DNA from: Candidatus Woesearchaeota archaeon
GTDB taxonomy: Archaea > Nanobdellota > Nanobdellia > Woesearchaeales > UBA9642
Assembly: GCA_016928115.1 (NCBI GenBank)
Contig: JAFGLI010000022.1
Span: 560 to 64,559 of the forward strand
Direction of reading: 5' to 3'
Length of the DNA: 64,000 nucleotides
In this document: positions 29,755 to 39,877 of the stretch, piece by piece
How the letters are laid out: each line of letters begins with the position of its first letter
Numbering within the stretch: position 1 is the stretch's first letter
Translations under genes and position numbers: made by a program
Notes under the pieces: generated by a model
Database searches by the model: none
What the model was told of the DNA's origin: nothing
Seen by the model: the letters and a program-made list of their open reading frames with translations, nothing else

Positions 29755-30777
29755 TCATTTATCAGGATAAGCTTTTTTGACCAGGTCTTTTTTATTTTCA
29801 AGCCTTTTTCTTACGGGCTTAATTATATCATTTATTTCTTTTGAAACTGCTTTCTTTAAATCAAGCGGGTGTAATTTATGATTCTTAAAATCTTTCTCAA
29901 GTTCAGCATAATCCTTATATATCAAATCCCCACCAAATTTTTTATCCCTTTTTACAATAAACTCATCATTAACCATAAACAGGACATTCTTTACAAACAA
30001 AAGAATCCCGTTATCCTTTGTTTCGCCTGCCTTGCAGTATGACCTGTTTATTTTTTCATCAACCTCTTTTTCTGAATCCAAAAGCCCGATCTTTGAGCCT
30101 GTATCAGAAGCACTCATCTTCCCGCCTTTTAAGCCGGGCAATAAAGGCGTGAAAACGCATGTCGGCTTATTATAGTTCAGTTTAGGCAATATCTCTCTTC
30201 CAAGCATATATATCCCTCTCTGGTCAATGCCTGAAAAACAGACATCGGCCTTCAGGTAAACAGGATCCAGCACCTGCATCAAAGGATATACATAACCTCC
30301 TAATTTAGGGTCATCCTTGAACCTCACAACTTCAGCTGCTGCCCTTCTTGCCCTTTTTAATGTAACCTCTCCCATAAGGTGCAATAAATCCATCTGGTAC
30401 TTCTTATCAAGCTGAAAATCAGAGCCCCTTACAAACTCAAGTTTTTCAGTTTTTATATTCAATGACTCAAGCAAAGCCTTTACTGTTTCCTTATAATACT
30501 CTGCCCTCAGCTTCAACAGCTCCCACGGGCTTTTCATGTCATCCAGAAAAGCATGCAGGTCAGCTATTAAAAACTTAACATTAAACCCTGCTTTAAGAAA
30601 ATCCCCTATCTTAATTATGGGGAATATGTGGCCTACATGTAATTTACCTGTGGGGGCATAGCCTATATAAGCAGAGGGAATTTTCTTTTTCAGAATATCT
30701 TTTAATTCATCATCCTGAACAGTTTCCTCAGTATTCCTTTTTATTAATTCAAACTTTTCATTTAAATCCATATTCAA
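29755..30777 (-). CDS. tyrS: Tyrosine--tRNA ligase (archaeal)
   Basis: YIGYAPTGKLHVGH, ADLHAFLD, YPLMQ, GIDQR, KMSAS. Confidence 0.96.
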   Translation of the reverse strand: MNMDLNEKFELIKRNTEETVQDDELKDILKKKIPSAYIGYAPTGKLHVGHIFPIIKIGDFLKAGFNVKFLIADLHAFLDDMKSPWELLKLRAEYYKETVKALLESLNIKTEKLEFVRGSDFQLDKKYQMDLLHLMGEVTLKRARRAAAEVVRFKDDPKLGGYVYPLMQVLDPVYLKADVCFSGIDQRGIYMLGREILPKLNYNKPTCVFTPLLPGLKGGKMSASDTGSKIGLLDSEKEVDEKINRSYCKAGETKDNGILLFVKNVLFMVNDEFIVKRDKKFGGDLIYKDYAELEKDFKNHKLHPLDLKKAVSKEINDIIKPVRKRLENKKDLVKKAYPDK

Positions 30778-30968
30778 TAAACCCTCAATAGTGTATTTTA
30801 CTATTTATTATTTAAATATTTTTATTTACCAGCAACCAATAAAACAAAAAATTTAAATATTAGGGATAATAAACAATATTGCTGAAATAAACATTCATTC
30901 AAAAATGACAAATTTCAGGAGGGTTTATTATAAAAAATTAGACTGAATAATAAATATGGTGATAAAAA

Positions 30969-31229
30969 ATGGAAGAAGAGAAAAAATTTTCTAAAAAACT
31001 AATGGGAAGGACTATTGTCAGCAAAACAGGAAAAAGATTCGGTGAAGTCGGGGACATTATATTTGAAACACGTTCCGGAGAACTGATACATCTTGTTGTG
31101 GACAAGCCAACCACATACACTGAAAAACTTCAGCTTGAAAAAAACAAAAACGGAGAGATACTCATACCTTTTTCAGCAGTTATTGCAGTGGGTGACTTTA
31201 TTGTTGTTGCTGAAGAAGAAATTATTTAA
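30969..31229 (+). CDS. PRC-barrel protein (CdpB-like)
   Basis: GRTIVSKTGKRFGEVGDI...IPFSAVIAVGDFIVV. Confidence 0.85.
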   Translation: MEEEKKFSKKLMGRTIVSKTGKRFGEVGDIIFETRSGELIHLVVDKPTTYTEKLQLEKNKNGEILIPFSAVIAVGDFIVVAEEEII

Positions 31230-31236
31230 TTTTTTA

Positions 31237-31911
31237 TTATTTGCTTAATATTTCTTTGACATAGTCAAAGTTTTCTTCATATATGTGCGCGGAAGAGGAT
31301 ATAGTTGTAATCTTTCCTTTCTTAAGGCTTTCATCATATTTTTCCCCGTCTATTAGCTTGTCTGCTACATATTCATACAAACACACTAACTGAAATATAT
31401 TTGCGGGCCAGCCTATAAAAAACTCATTGCTTCTTATGAATAATGTAAGATTTAATTTTTTATCCCTTATCATGAAATGAAGATTCATAAGGCTGGGCAC
31501 TGAATCTTTGGACATATCCAGATCAGTTAAGGGATTGAAAAGAGAAATCACGGCTCTTCTTGAGTGAAGGGATTTTTTTAAAAGAGGTATTACCCATGAA
31601 TGTATCTGGTCTTTCCTGTTCTCAAAATTAAATATTCTCGGGCCATATGTAAAGCCGTAAATGCCTGCAGGCTCTTTTTCAATGATTAAATTTTTAAGCT
31701 CTTTTTTATTAGGATAAACCCATTTTTTAAAACTATTTAATATATCTATTGGCTTGTCAGGGTCTTTCAGGGGATTATTTATCTCAACAACCATATTAAT
31801 CAGTTCCTTGAATATCCTGCCGTCATTGTCAGGCAAAGAACTCCCTTTATTAAGAATCTGCTTAAGCCCTTCTCTCCATCCATCCATTATTGTTTCTGAT
31901 TTTATTTCCAT
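31237..31911 (-). CDS. Thymidylate synthase-like protein with the catalytic Cys replaced by Ser
   Basis: TYGPR, SRRAV, VPSL (canonical VPCL), RSNE, GWPAN, SAHIYE. Confidence 0.8.
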   Translation of the reverse strand: MEIKSETIMDGWREGLKQILNKGSSLPDNDGRIFKELINMVVEINNPLKDPDKPIDILNSFKKWVYPNKKELKNLIIEKEPAGIYGFTYGPRIFNFENRKDQIHSWVIPLLKKSLHSRRAVISLFNPLTDLDMSKDSVPSLMNLHFMIRDKKLNLTLFIRSNEFFIGWPANIFQLVCLYEYVADKLIDGEKYDESLKKGKITTISSSAHIYEENFDYVKEILSK

Positions 31912-31915
31912 TTTA

Positions 31916-33508
31916 TCATTTAATAAAATTTTTTAGTGTTAAATTGGACTCCCTTTTGCTGAAATCATAGCAAAAGAAAGGTATGTTATAGCTTTTGAGT
32001 ATGAAGCTTAATTCATGGATTATCTCTTTAGGATAAATATTCCCTGCCCTGAAAAACCTTATCCTGTCACCCCCGTCAAAAACATTCAGTATTTTTTCCC
32101 TTGTCTTTATGAAATCATTGAACTCCGGCTTCTGAAAATCATTTATGTTGTGCAAGGTTGTTTTTGCGTATGTCCTTTTGCTCAAAAATTCATCGCCGTA
32201 GTTATTAAATATGCTTGAAAATGCAATCCTGAACCTTATTGGTATGCCGCAGCTTTTGAATACAGCTTCCTCATCATAACAGAACTCATTTATTTTCTCC
32301 TTGCAGCTTTTAATTAAATCTATCATAAGTTCCTTCTGCTCTTTCCAGTCATAATTCCAGAACCTTATGTAATTCCTGTTGTACTGGTAAAAGCCCCGAA
32401 TATTGGACTTGTTGAGCTTGTTTATGTCACCGAAAAACTCAATAAATTTTCTTCTCTGGATGGTATTCGCTGAAACCAGCGACCTTGCTATTGACATAAT
32501 GAAATCCCTGAACTCATTATTGGTTTTGTATTTCTGGAAAAACCTGTATACATCAGCAGCAACAATGCATTGTGCACATGCTAATCCAATAAGGGAATCA
32601 TCCTTTTCCTGAGCATATTTCTCCCATTCTTCCCTGTCAAAAACATAAACCCCTGTCTGTCCAAAAAAACAGGGTGAAGGGGATATTCCAGTATTATTTA
32701 TATTTAATTTTATATTTTTTTCATGAAATAGTTCGATTGTTTTTTCAAAAAAATCAGAATAACTATGCAAACTTTTATCATCTATATTAAATATAACTTC
32801 CAGATTATCGCTCCTGAACCTTGAAAATATATCGAGAAAAGCCAAAACCTTGTTTTTGTCATGAATATTATTGAAATTTATTATTATATTAATGCATCTC
32901 CCATAATCCTCTGCATCTATTGCAATCCTCTTTATGAAATCAGTTATTTTTTCTTCAGGATTATTGAAAATAAAATACTCAAAATTATTAAATGCGATTG
33001 CATCATTAATATTTGAGATTGTTTCCTGCATAGCAGAATACAATAAAGAAAGACTCTCAAAATTCTCGCATTCTATTAAAACAGCATTCAGCTTGCTTAT
33101 CCAGGAATCCCCTCCGAACCTCAACAATATATTCTGGCTTTCATATTTTTCCATGGGCATAGAAGGCAAAGAAGTCTTCTTTATAAACACCCTTTTCCTG
33201 TTTTTTTCAATGACATATTCTCCTTCATCAATATTAAGAGAAAAAACCTTCTCTCCCTTGCCCTGGATGCTGGTTACTTTAAGAATATTATCATCAACAA
33301 GTTTGTTTAAATGATAAAGAATCATTCTGTGCAATCCTGCTTTTTGCTTTTTGGCTTTGGCTTTTTCTTCCCTGTCAGTGCTTTTTAATTTTTTTTCTAT
33401 GCTGGCATAATCAGAAGAGAATAATCTGGATATGATTTCATGGGTGGAAATATTCATATTGGGTTCTTTCTTAAAAAGTTCAAGGATTGAATGTTGAATA
33501 TCCCCCAT
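31916..33508 (-). CDS. Large hypothetical protein with an N-terminal winged helix-turn-helix
   Basis: ILELFKK...STHEII...LYHLNKLVDDNIL...GKGEKVF; 4-bp gap to the ThyA-like gene. Confidence 0.65.
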   Translation of the reverse strand: MGDIQHSILELFKKEPNMNISTHEIISRLFSSDYASIEKKLKSTDREEKAKAKKQKAGLHRMILYHLNKLVDDNILKVTSIQGKGEKVFSLNIDEGEYVIEKNRKRVFIKKTSLPSMPMEKYESQNILLRFGGDSWISKLNAVLIECENFESLSLLYSAMQETISNINDAIAFNNFEYFIFNNPEEKITDFIKRIAIDAEDYGRCINIIINFNNIHDKNKVLAFLDIFSRFRSDNLEVIFNIDDKSLHSYSDFFEKTIELFHEKNIKLNINNTGISPSPCFFGQTGVYVFDREEWEKYAQEKDDSLIGLACAQCIVAADVYRFFQKYKTNNEFRDFIMSIARSLVSANTIQRRKFIEFFGDINKLNKSNIRGFYQYNRNYIRFWNYDWKEQKELMIDLIKSCKEKINEFCYDEEAVFKSCGIPIRFRIAFSSIFNNYGDEFLSKRTYAKTTLHNINDFQKPEFNDFIKTREKILNVFDGGDRIRFFRAGNIYPKEIIHELSFILKSYNIPFFCYDFSKRESNLTLKNFIK

Positions 33509-33545
33509 TTTATTATTGGAGAGTAGTATTAATTTAAAAATGTTT

Positions 33546-33681
33546 TGTTTCAGGACTGTTTCAGGAAAAATATTGCTTATAATTAAAAAAATAAAGAAAA
33601 TTAACTAAAAAACCGGAAATACTGCGAAAAATCTTATTTCATTATAAAAAATAAGGTTTGTTTCAGGAATTTCCTGAAACA
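33546..33681. promoter_or_regulatory. Candidate operator array of four TGTTTCAGGA half-sites
   Basis: Direct copies at 33546-33555 and 33557-33566; palindrome TGTTTCAGGAA-T-TTCCTGAAACA at 33659-33681. Confidence 0.75.
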
Positions 33682-33761
33682 TTCAGAAAAAAATAGTAAA
33701 AAAAGTTTTAATATTTTTAAAATAATTATAGAAAAAATAAAAAAAGTTCGGGGGAATAAAA

Positions 33762-34232
33762 ATGGATAAAACAAAAGAATTACTTTTATTGAGCTACTTT
33801 AGAAGGAATGCCAGGGAAACATTGACAAAGATAAGCAAGAAAACAAAGATTCCGGTATCAACAATATTTGATAAGCTTAAAAAATATGAAGGAAATATAA
33901 TAAATAAGCACACATGTCTGATAAATTTTAAAAAATTAGGATTTAATCTTAAAGTGAATATTCTTTTTAAGCTTAAAAAAGACAACAGGGAAGACTTCCA
34001 GGAATTCCTGAAAAAGCATTCAAAGGTAAACAGTGTGTTCAGGATAAACAACGGCTTTGATTATCTTGTTGAAGGAATTTTCAGGGACATAAAAGAGCTT
34101 CAGGATTTCGGGGATGAAACTGAGAAATTTGATATTGCAGACAGAAAGGATTTTTTCATACTTGATGACATTAAAAGGGAAGACTTTTTATCAAAAGAGA
34201 TTCATCTTGAATTGATTGGCCTTAACAGCTAA
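33762..34232 (+). CDS. Lrp/AsnC-family transcriptional regulator
   Basis: NARETLTKISKKTKIPVSTIFDKL HTH; C-terminal RAM-like domain (RINNGFDY). Confidence 0.88.
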   Translation: MDKTKELLLLSYFRRNARETLTKISKKTKIPVSTIFDKLKKYEGNIINKHTCLINFKKLGFNLKVNILFKLKKDNREDFQEFLKKHSKVNSVFRINNGFDYLVEGIFRDIKELQDFGDETEKFDIADRKDFFILDDIKREDFLSKEIHLELIGLNS

Positions 34233-34265
34233 AAATTTATAAACCTGAAAAAGTTTTGATTATTT

Positions 34266-34994
34266 ATGGAAATAATTAGGGGAATTGATATAATAGACTC
34301 AGGATTATATATTAAGGAAGAAAAAACCCTGATTATTGGAGATATGCATATCGGGTATGAGGAATGCCTGCGTGAAAACGGGTTCTTGTTGCCGAAATTT
34401 AATTTCGGGGAAATGAAAAAAAGAGCGGGAAAGATTATTGATTTAATTGATGTAAAAAAGATAATTATAAACGGGGACTTGAAGCATGAGTTCGGGAAGA
34501 TAAACAAAGATGAATGGAGCAAGATTAAGGATATGATTGATTTTATCAGGAAAAAAGGCAAAGTTATTTTGATAAAAGGAAACCATGATGTGCTATTGGA
34601 TAAGATAGCAAAGAAAAAAGGTTTGAAGATTAATAATTATATCAAAACAGGAGATATATTGATAACCCATGGTGATAAAATTCCCGGTTTGCTGAAAAAG
34701 AAAAACCATATTAAAACAATAATAATAAGCCATGAGCATCCTGCTGTTGTATTGAAGCATGGGATAAGAAAGGAAAAATTCAGGTGCTTTTTAAAAGGAA
34801 AATGGAAAAGCAAGAACCTCATAATTATGCCGGCATTCAACTGGCTTTTTCCCGGAGCAAATCTGCTTGAAGGCAAATTCTTATCTCCTTTTCTCAAAGA
34901 AACAGGCCTGAAAAACTTTAATTTTTATATTGCAGAAAACAAATTCAACAGTGTTTATGATTTTGGCAAGTTGGGGGATTCTGATATTGTATGA
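34266..34994 (+). CDS. Metallophosphoesterase (archaeal SbcD/Mre11-related family)
   Basis: GDMHIGYE, NGDLKHEF, KGNHD, THGD, SHEHP, MPAF. Confidence 0.88.
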   Translation: MEIIRGIDIIDSGLYIKEEKTLIIGDMHIGYEECLRENGFLLPKFNFGEMKKRAGKIIDLIDVKKIIINGDLKHEFGKINKDEWSKIKDMIDFIRKKGKVILIKGNHDVLLDKIAKKKGLKINNYIKTGDILITHGDKIPGLLKKKNHIKTIIISHEHPAVVLKHGIRKEKFRCFLKGKWKSKNLIIMPAFNWLFPGANLLEGKFLSPFLKETGLKNFNFYIAENKFNSVYDFGKLGDSDIV

Positions 34995-34998
34995 TAAA

Positions 34999-35634
34999 TT
35001 ATTTCTTCTCCTTCTTATATTCAAAAAAAGAATATAAAACAGCAAAAATAACCAATGAAAGAACAGGAATCATAATCAGAAGAACAGAATAATCAGGGAA
35101 GAAAAAGCCAAGAAAAGCTATTAAAGCAGCAATCTTGAAAAGCTTTCCTCCAAGCCTGTTTGTCTTGTTCCATACTTTCTCACTGCTTAAGGTCCAGGGA
35201 GTCCTTATGCCCACAAACCAGTTCATCTTTGCATTCTCTGTTAATACACCTGCATAAAAAAACAAAAGGCCCATGGCAGGTATTAAAAGCCTGTTCATGT
35301 CAAATAAAACATTGAAATTCCATAATATTATAAGAAAATAAATATAAAGCATAAATATAACCATGAAAAGAATAAACAAATCATAATATCTCCTGAATTT
35401 TTTTATATTCCCTTTCAAAGGGTCTATTTTTGGAATTAATAAAAACAATAAAAATAATCCCAAAATAATCAAAGGCAGTAAAAATAATCCCCAGAACTTA
35501 GGCATGTAACCATCCACTTGGCCTTGTGCATTCCAGTGGGAAGCCATCTGCCCAGGCATCCTTGGGTATAAATAAACAGCACTAATAAAAGAGATCAATA
35601 TCAACAGAATTGTGATTATATTTGTTTTTTTCAT
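34999..35634 (-). CDS. DUF1648/SdpI-family membrane protein
   Basis: ASHWNAQGQVDG; NWFVGIRTPWTLSSEKVWNKTNR. Confidence 0.88.
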   Translation of the reverse strand: MKKTNIITILLILISFISAVYLYPRMPGQMASHWNAQGQVDGYMPKFWGLFLLPLIILGLFLLFLLIPKIDPLKGNIKKFRRYYDLFILFMVIFMLYIYFLIILWNFNVLFDMNRLLIPAMGLLFFYAGVLTENAKMNWFVGIRTPWTLSSEKVWNKTNRLGGKLFKIAALIAFLGFFFPDYSVLLIMIPVLSLVIFAVLYSFFEYKKEKK

Positions 35635-35722
35635 TATTATTTATCTTATTTCCTGTGTTTATTAATATTTCTGATTTCAACCAAAAAGAATATAAATAAC
35701 AAAAACTATAGAGAAACTGAAA

Positions 35723-35965
35723 ATGGAAAAAAACCTGATTGCAGTCATCACTGAAATGAACCCTCAGGTGGAAAAAGGAAAAATAGGAATAATCGTAAAC
35801 ACACCTGAACCCTATGGGAAATTTGGTGCATTGATAGATAAGGAATACATAAAAAAACACTCTTTAGGAATAGCCTGTATTCTTGAAGCTAAATTAGATG
35901 CTGATAAAGGATATTTTGCTTTGAATATTCCTGAAGGGGAAACAATATATGAGTATCAGGAATAA
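35723..35965 (+). CDS. Hypothetical protein
   Basis: 80-aa ATG ORF with globular composition. Confidence 0.5.
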   Translation: MEKNLIAVITEMNPQVEKGKIGIIVNTPEPYGKFGALIDKEYIKKHSLGIACILEAKLDADKGYFALNIPEGETIYEYQE

Positions 35966-35975
35966 TTGTTAATGA

Positions 35976-36557
35976 TTGTTTTACTACTATAAAATAGAAA
36001 AGTTTATATATTCTTTTTATTTTTCTCTGTTAAATATATGGAGGGATATTTTGGCAGATATTGAAGAAGTTAAAAACAGCATTCTGAAATGGCATTATGG
36101 TATTCTTATTTATGATGTGGAAAATATTAAAGAAATTCAGGACATAAGAAATAAAAGAATGCAGTTTCAAAAATTTACCAATTTTCTTTATGATAAAATA
36201 GGGGATAAAAAAGAAAACGGAAGTATAGAAACATTGCTGATAGTGGATTTCATGAATGGGCAAAATCGTCATTTACTGACAAGTTACAGTGATAATGAAA
36301 ACATAATTAATCATATCCTTGTTTTGGAAACCAGCATAATAGATTACTGCAAGAATAACAAAAGCTTCATTGAAATGTTCAAAAGAAACATCTTGCCTGA
36401 AGATTATGAATTGTTCCAGCCAGTTATCATAAAAAATAATGAAGGAAAAGAAGGATGCAGGATGGATATGGTAATAACCGGCGACTATTCAAGAATAAAC
36501 GACAGCCTTAAAAAATGCTACAATGAAGCTAAAGAAATTTATACTCATTCAGCATAA
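35976..36557 (+). CDS. Hypothetical protein (true start probably TTG near 36051, after GGAGG)
   Basis: Long ORF; GGAGG at about 36040. Confidence 0.55.
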   Translation: MFYYYKIEKFIYSFYFSLLNIWRDILADIEEVKNSILKWHYGILIYDVENIKEIQDIRNKRMQFQKFTNFLYDKIGDKKENGSIETLLIVDFMNGQNRHLLTSYSDNENIINHILVLETSIIDYCKNNKSFIEMFKRNILPEDYELFQPVIIKNNEGKEGCRMDMVITGDYSRINDSLKKCYNEAKEIYTHSA

Positions 36558-36559
36558 TA

Positions 36560-37090
36560 TTATTTTCTTAAAATCACAGAATTGCCTGTGGGGTCTTCTA
36601 TTGTTATCTGCAAAGAATCCCTGCCCCAGAGAATCCTACCTATCTTCTTTATCTTGTTCTTTATCTTTTTCCTTTCTGCATCATCCTCTTCCCCTTCTTT
36701 AAGTTCCTCAAGCTTTTTCTTTTCTGCGTTCAGTAACCCTTTTACTGTGGTTATGTAGCCGTTTGAAGAGTCAGTTGGTATTATCTCGCTTATTCTCTGG
36801 AATTTGATTGTTGCATCTGCTGATTTTATTATTTTTATGTCCAAGTCATTTTCATTCTCAATTTTTATTGTTTCCTTAAAAGGCTTTCTTTCCTCATCTG
36901 CCTCAATATCTGACTTGTAATAGCCGCATTTAGTGCAGCTCATTGAAAGAAAATGCGCTATGCCGAATCCATTTATATCTCTAACTTCTTCTTTCATTGT
37001 CAGAGAGTTTTCATGACATACAGGACATTCCTGATCGGTTATCTCCATTGAAAGGTCATCCTGTTTTATCTCCTGATTTTCAGCATCCAT
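36560..37090 (-). CDS. ZPR1 zinc-finger domain protein
   Basis: CPVC...CTKCGY, GYITTVKGLL, IEDPTGNS. Confidence 0.88.
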   Translation of the reverse strand: MDAENQEIKQDDLSMEITDQECPVCHENSLTMKEEVRDINGFGIAHFLSMSCTKCGYYKSDIEADEERKPFKETIKIENENDLDIKIIKSADATIKFQRISEIIPTDSSNGYITTVKGLLNAEKKKLEELKEGEEDDAERKKIKNKIKKIGRILWGRDSLQITIEDPTGNSVILRK

Positions 37091-37220
37091 GTTTCACCAC
37101 TTATAATTATGCCAAAAACCTTTTAAATAGTTTATTAAACCAGAAAAAATATAATGTAAAACCTATAATTTAAAATATATTCCAAGAAATAAAAAAATTT
37201 AAAAACATATTCACTGAAAA

Positions 37221-37631
37221 TTATTCTTCTTCCAGCTCTTCCAATTCTGTTGTGTTCTTCTTAACTATCTGTGCAAAAGAAGGAACTGCAACAATATGGT
37301 CCTCGCTGAATCCTGCTATATCCCCGTCAATAGCATCAGTTGTCTTCTTAAGCTTGTTTATTGCCCGTTTCAGCTCAACAAGGTCCTTGTCTTTTAAGTC
37401 CTTTATGTCAATAAGGGCAATGGTGTTGTCTTCCCTCAGAGCATGCAATATTGGCTTGATATCAGAAAAGTCCTCAATCTTGAAAGTCTTTACCAAAACC
37501 TCAGATTCCTCTCGTTTATGGCCTTCAGTGTCTAATTCAACATAATCCTGCTCCATCTCATCAAAATCCTCCTCATCAGATGCTCCTTTTTTTGAAATTT
37601 TATGCCTCATTTTTGATAAAAAACCTGTCAT
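37221..37631 (-). CDS. sepF: Archaeal cell division protein SepF
   Basis: N-terminal amphipathic helix, DYVEL, ELKRAINKLKK..GDIAG..VAVP; GGAGG RBS. Confidence 0.85.
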   Translation of the reverse strand: MTGFLSKMRHKISKKGASDEEDFDEMEQDYVELDTEGHKREESEVLVKTFKIEDFSDIKPILHALREDNTIALIDIKDLKDKDLVELKRAINKLKKTTDAIDGDIAGFSEDHIVAVPSFAQIVKKNTTELEELEEE

Positions 37632-37766
37632 AATACTCCCTCCGTTTTTGAGTTTTATCCTATAATATTAGTTTATAGTTTAAATTATATTAAAACTTAT
37701 AATTCTTCTTATTTATAAATTTTACTCTATTGAAGTATTTATTTGTTGCTAAAAAGATGAAATTAC

Positions 37767-38921
37767 TTAGCCGTTATTCACAACAATTAATGGAACGTAC
37801 ATCTCTTCTTTTGTAATTCCTGCATGATTTCCAATAAGGTGCTCTTTTTTTTCATTCAATAATTCATCTTTAAATATATAATTTTCCTTCATAATCAGTG
37901 CATAATCTCCTATCCTGTTAAAAAGCTCTGGATTTGGCTTGTATATACCAAAATAATTCTTTTTTATTAAATCTTCTGATTTGTATAGATAACAATAATC
38001 CTTTAACCTGGTTTTAACATATTTTTCAAACTGCCTGGCCTTGGAAGGCTTTACATAACAATAAGCAACCCTTCCTTCGCCGCATAAAGGCAGTGTTAAG
38101 CACTCTTTTAATTCAGGATGGTCTTTCAATTCAATCCTCCTTTTTTCAGGCGTATCTATGAATCCGTGGTCGGAAGTTATAATTAAAGTCGTGTTTGTAT
38201 TTTTGATTTTTTCAGCAAACTTTTTTATTTCATTATCTATTTTTTCAAAATGTTTGTCTGTTTTCTTTGCATTTACACCAAAATCATGTGCCAATGAATC
38301 AAACTCAAGCCAATAAGCATAAATATATTTTCTTCTTTTATTTGAAGTTATGGCTTTTCTTATATCTGTGAACATTCCGTTCATACTATTAAAACCTATT
38401 CTCTTTGCTTTTTTTGCAAGAGCTTTTGTGAAAACTGAATCTTTAATTTTATTTGGCTGTACGATAAATGAATCCACATTTATCCTCTCAGAAAAACATT
38501 TTTCATTCAGGAGGTCTTTAATTTTTAATTTTTCAGGAATTGGGATTTCTCCTGCCCGTGCTGTAAAAGGCAAAATCTTCACAACCATCCCTAATTCCTT
38601 TAAATAAACATTCCATCCTGTGATGCCGTGCTGCTGAGGAGCATCTCCTGTTAGAAAGGTTGTAATTGCTGCTGCTGTAGTAGCTGGAAAAACAGAAGTC
38701 ATTTTGCCGATAACATGTTTTTTCAGAAATGAATTTTTCTTGTTTTGTAAATAATGAAAACCTAATCCATCTATGACTAATAAAACTATATTTTTTGAAT
38801 CCTTTAATCTTTCGGGAGGCAATAATTTAAGAAATTTGTATTGTGATTTAGTTCCAAATGATTTTCCAATAGAACTCATCAGATTAACTATGCTCCCGTC
38901 TTCGTATTTTGGCAATATCAT
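37767..38921 (-). CDS. Alkaline phosphatase / nucleotide pyrophosphatase-phosphodiesterase family protein (start revised)
   Basis: LLVIDGLG, TSVFPATTAAA, DSLAH, ITSDHG, GNHAG. Confidence 0.88.
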   Translation of the reverse strand: MILPKYEDGSIVNLMSSIGKSFGTKSQYKFLKLLPPERLKDSKNIVLLVIDGLGFHYLQNKKNSFLKKHVIGKMTSVFPATTAAAITTFLTGDAPQQHGITGWNVYLKELGMVVKILPFTARAGEIPIPEKLKIKDLLNEKCFSERINVDSFIVQPNKIKDSVFTKALAKKAKRIGFNSMNGMFTDIRKAITSNKRRKYIYAYWLEFDSLAHDFGVNAKKTDKHFEKIDNEIKKFAEKIKNTNTTLIITSDHGFIDTPEKRRIELKDHPELKECLTLPLCGEGRVAYCYVKPSKARQFEKYVKTRLKDYCYLYKSEDLIKKNYFGIYKPNPELFNRIGDYALIMKENYIFKDELLNEKKEHLIGNHAGITKEEMYVPLIVVNNG

Positions 38922-39002
38922 TAACACTGGTTTAGGTAGTATATTAATAAATATTTCGAAACAATGAAAATATTTAATAAACCCCGAAACATCCTTTGAA
39001 AA

Positions 39003-39434
39003 ATGATAACTAAATTCAGGGAAAAAATCAAAAAGCATTTTGAAGAGGTAATTAAATTAAAAACCAGCCCGCATTCAATAGCCCTTGGCTTTGCAATAGG
39101 GACATTTGTTGCTATTTTTCCAACACCGGGATTCAGCGTCTGGCTGGGCTTATTAATAGTCTTAATTTATGAAAAAATCAATAAGCTGTCTTTATTCGGG
39201 GCAATCGCATTCTGGAATCCTTTATTCATAACACCGATTTTTGCCTGGGGTTATAAAATAGGGGATTATATTCTAAGAACAAAACCCTTAATGGAATATC
39301 CTATTGTTCTCATAGATAGGATATACTATATAACCTTGAGATTAGTGATCGGCAACACAATCCTGGGGATTATTATTGCAGTTATGTCTTATTTCATAGT
39401 CAGGAAAATAGCAGTTGAATACCAGAAGAAATAA
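39003..39434 (+). CDS. DUF2062-family membrane protein
   Basis: SPHSIALGFAIG..IFPTPG, NP motif. Confidence 0.8.
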   Translation: MITKFREKIKKHFEEVIKLKTSPHSIALGFAIGTFVAIFPTPGFSVWLGLLIVLIYEKINKLSLFGAIAFWNPLFITPIFAWGYKIGDYILRTKPLMEYPIVLIDRIYYITLRLVIGNTILGIIIAVMSYFIVRKIAVEYQKK

Positions 39435-39469
39435 AAATCTTTAAATAAAACAATTACTTCTGTAATAAT

Positions 39470-39823
39470 ATGGGCAAAGAAAAAAGGCTTGTGAAATATA
39501 TTGTTTCAGTTAAAACAAAAGAAGAAAGTCTTCCTTCTAAATTAACTGAATGTATAACAACCCTGTTTGGCTCTCTTTATATAGTTTATGATAAATATGA
39601 TGAGCAAAATAATGATTTCAGCAAATTATACATGATGCCAAAACCAACAGATAAACCCTTAACTGATGAAGAAATAGAAATAATAAAGAATTCAATAGTT
39701 GAAGAAAACTTAGATATGAGCTTTTATGAGCTTAATGAAATAAATGGTCTTATTAAAGGGGTTAAAGAAATAAGCGAAATGATGGATGGGGGTAAAAATA
39801 CAATATTAAGTTATTTTAAATAA
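39470..39823 (+). CDS. Hypothetical protein
   Basis: 117-aa ORF with an upstream TTTAAATA. Confidence 0.55.
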   Translation: MGKEKRLVKYIVSVKTKEESLPSKLTECITTLFGSLYIVYDKYDEQNNDFSKLYMMPKPTDKPLTDEEIEIIKNSIVEENLDMSFYELNEINGLIKGVKEISEMMDGGKNTILSYFK

Positions 39824-39877
39824 TCATATTTATCTTAAAAAATAATTTTTATAAACTAAACTCACTTTCTTGTTAAT

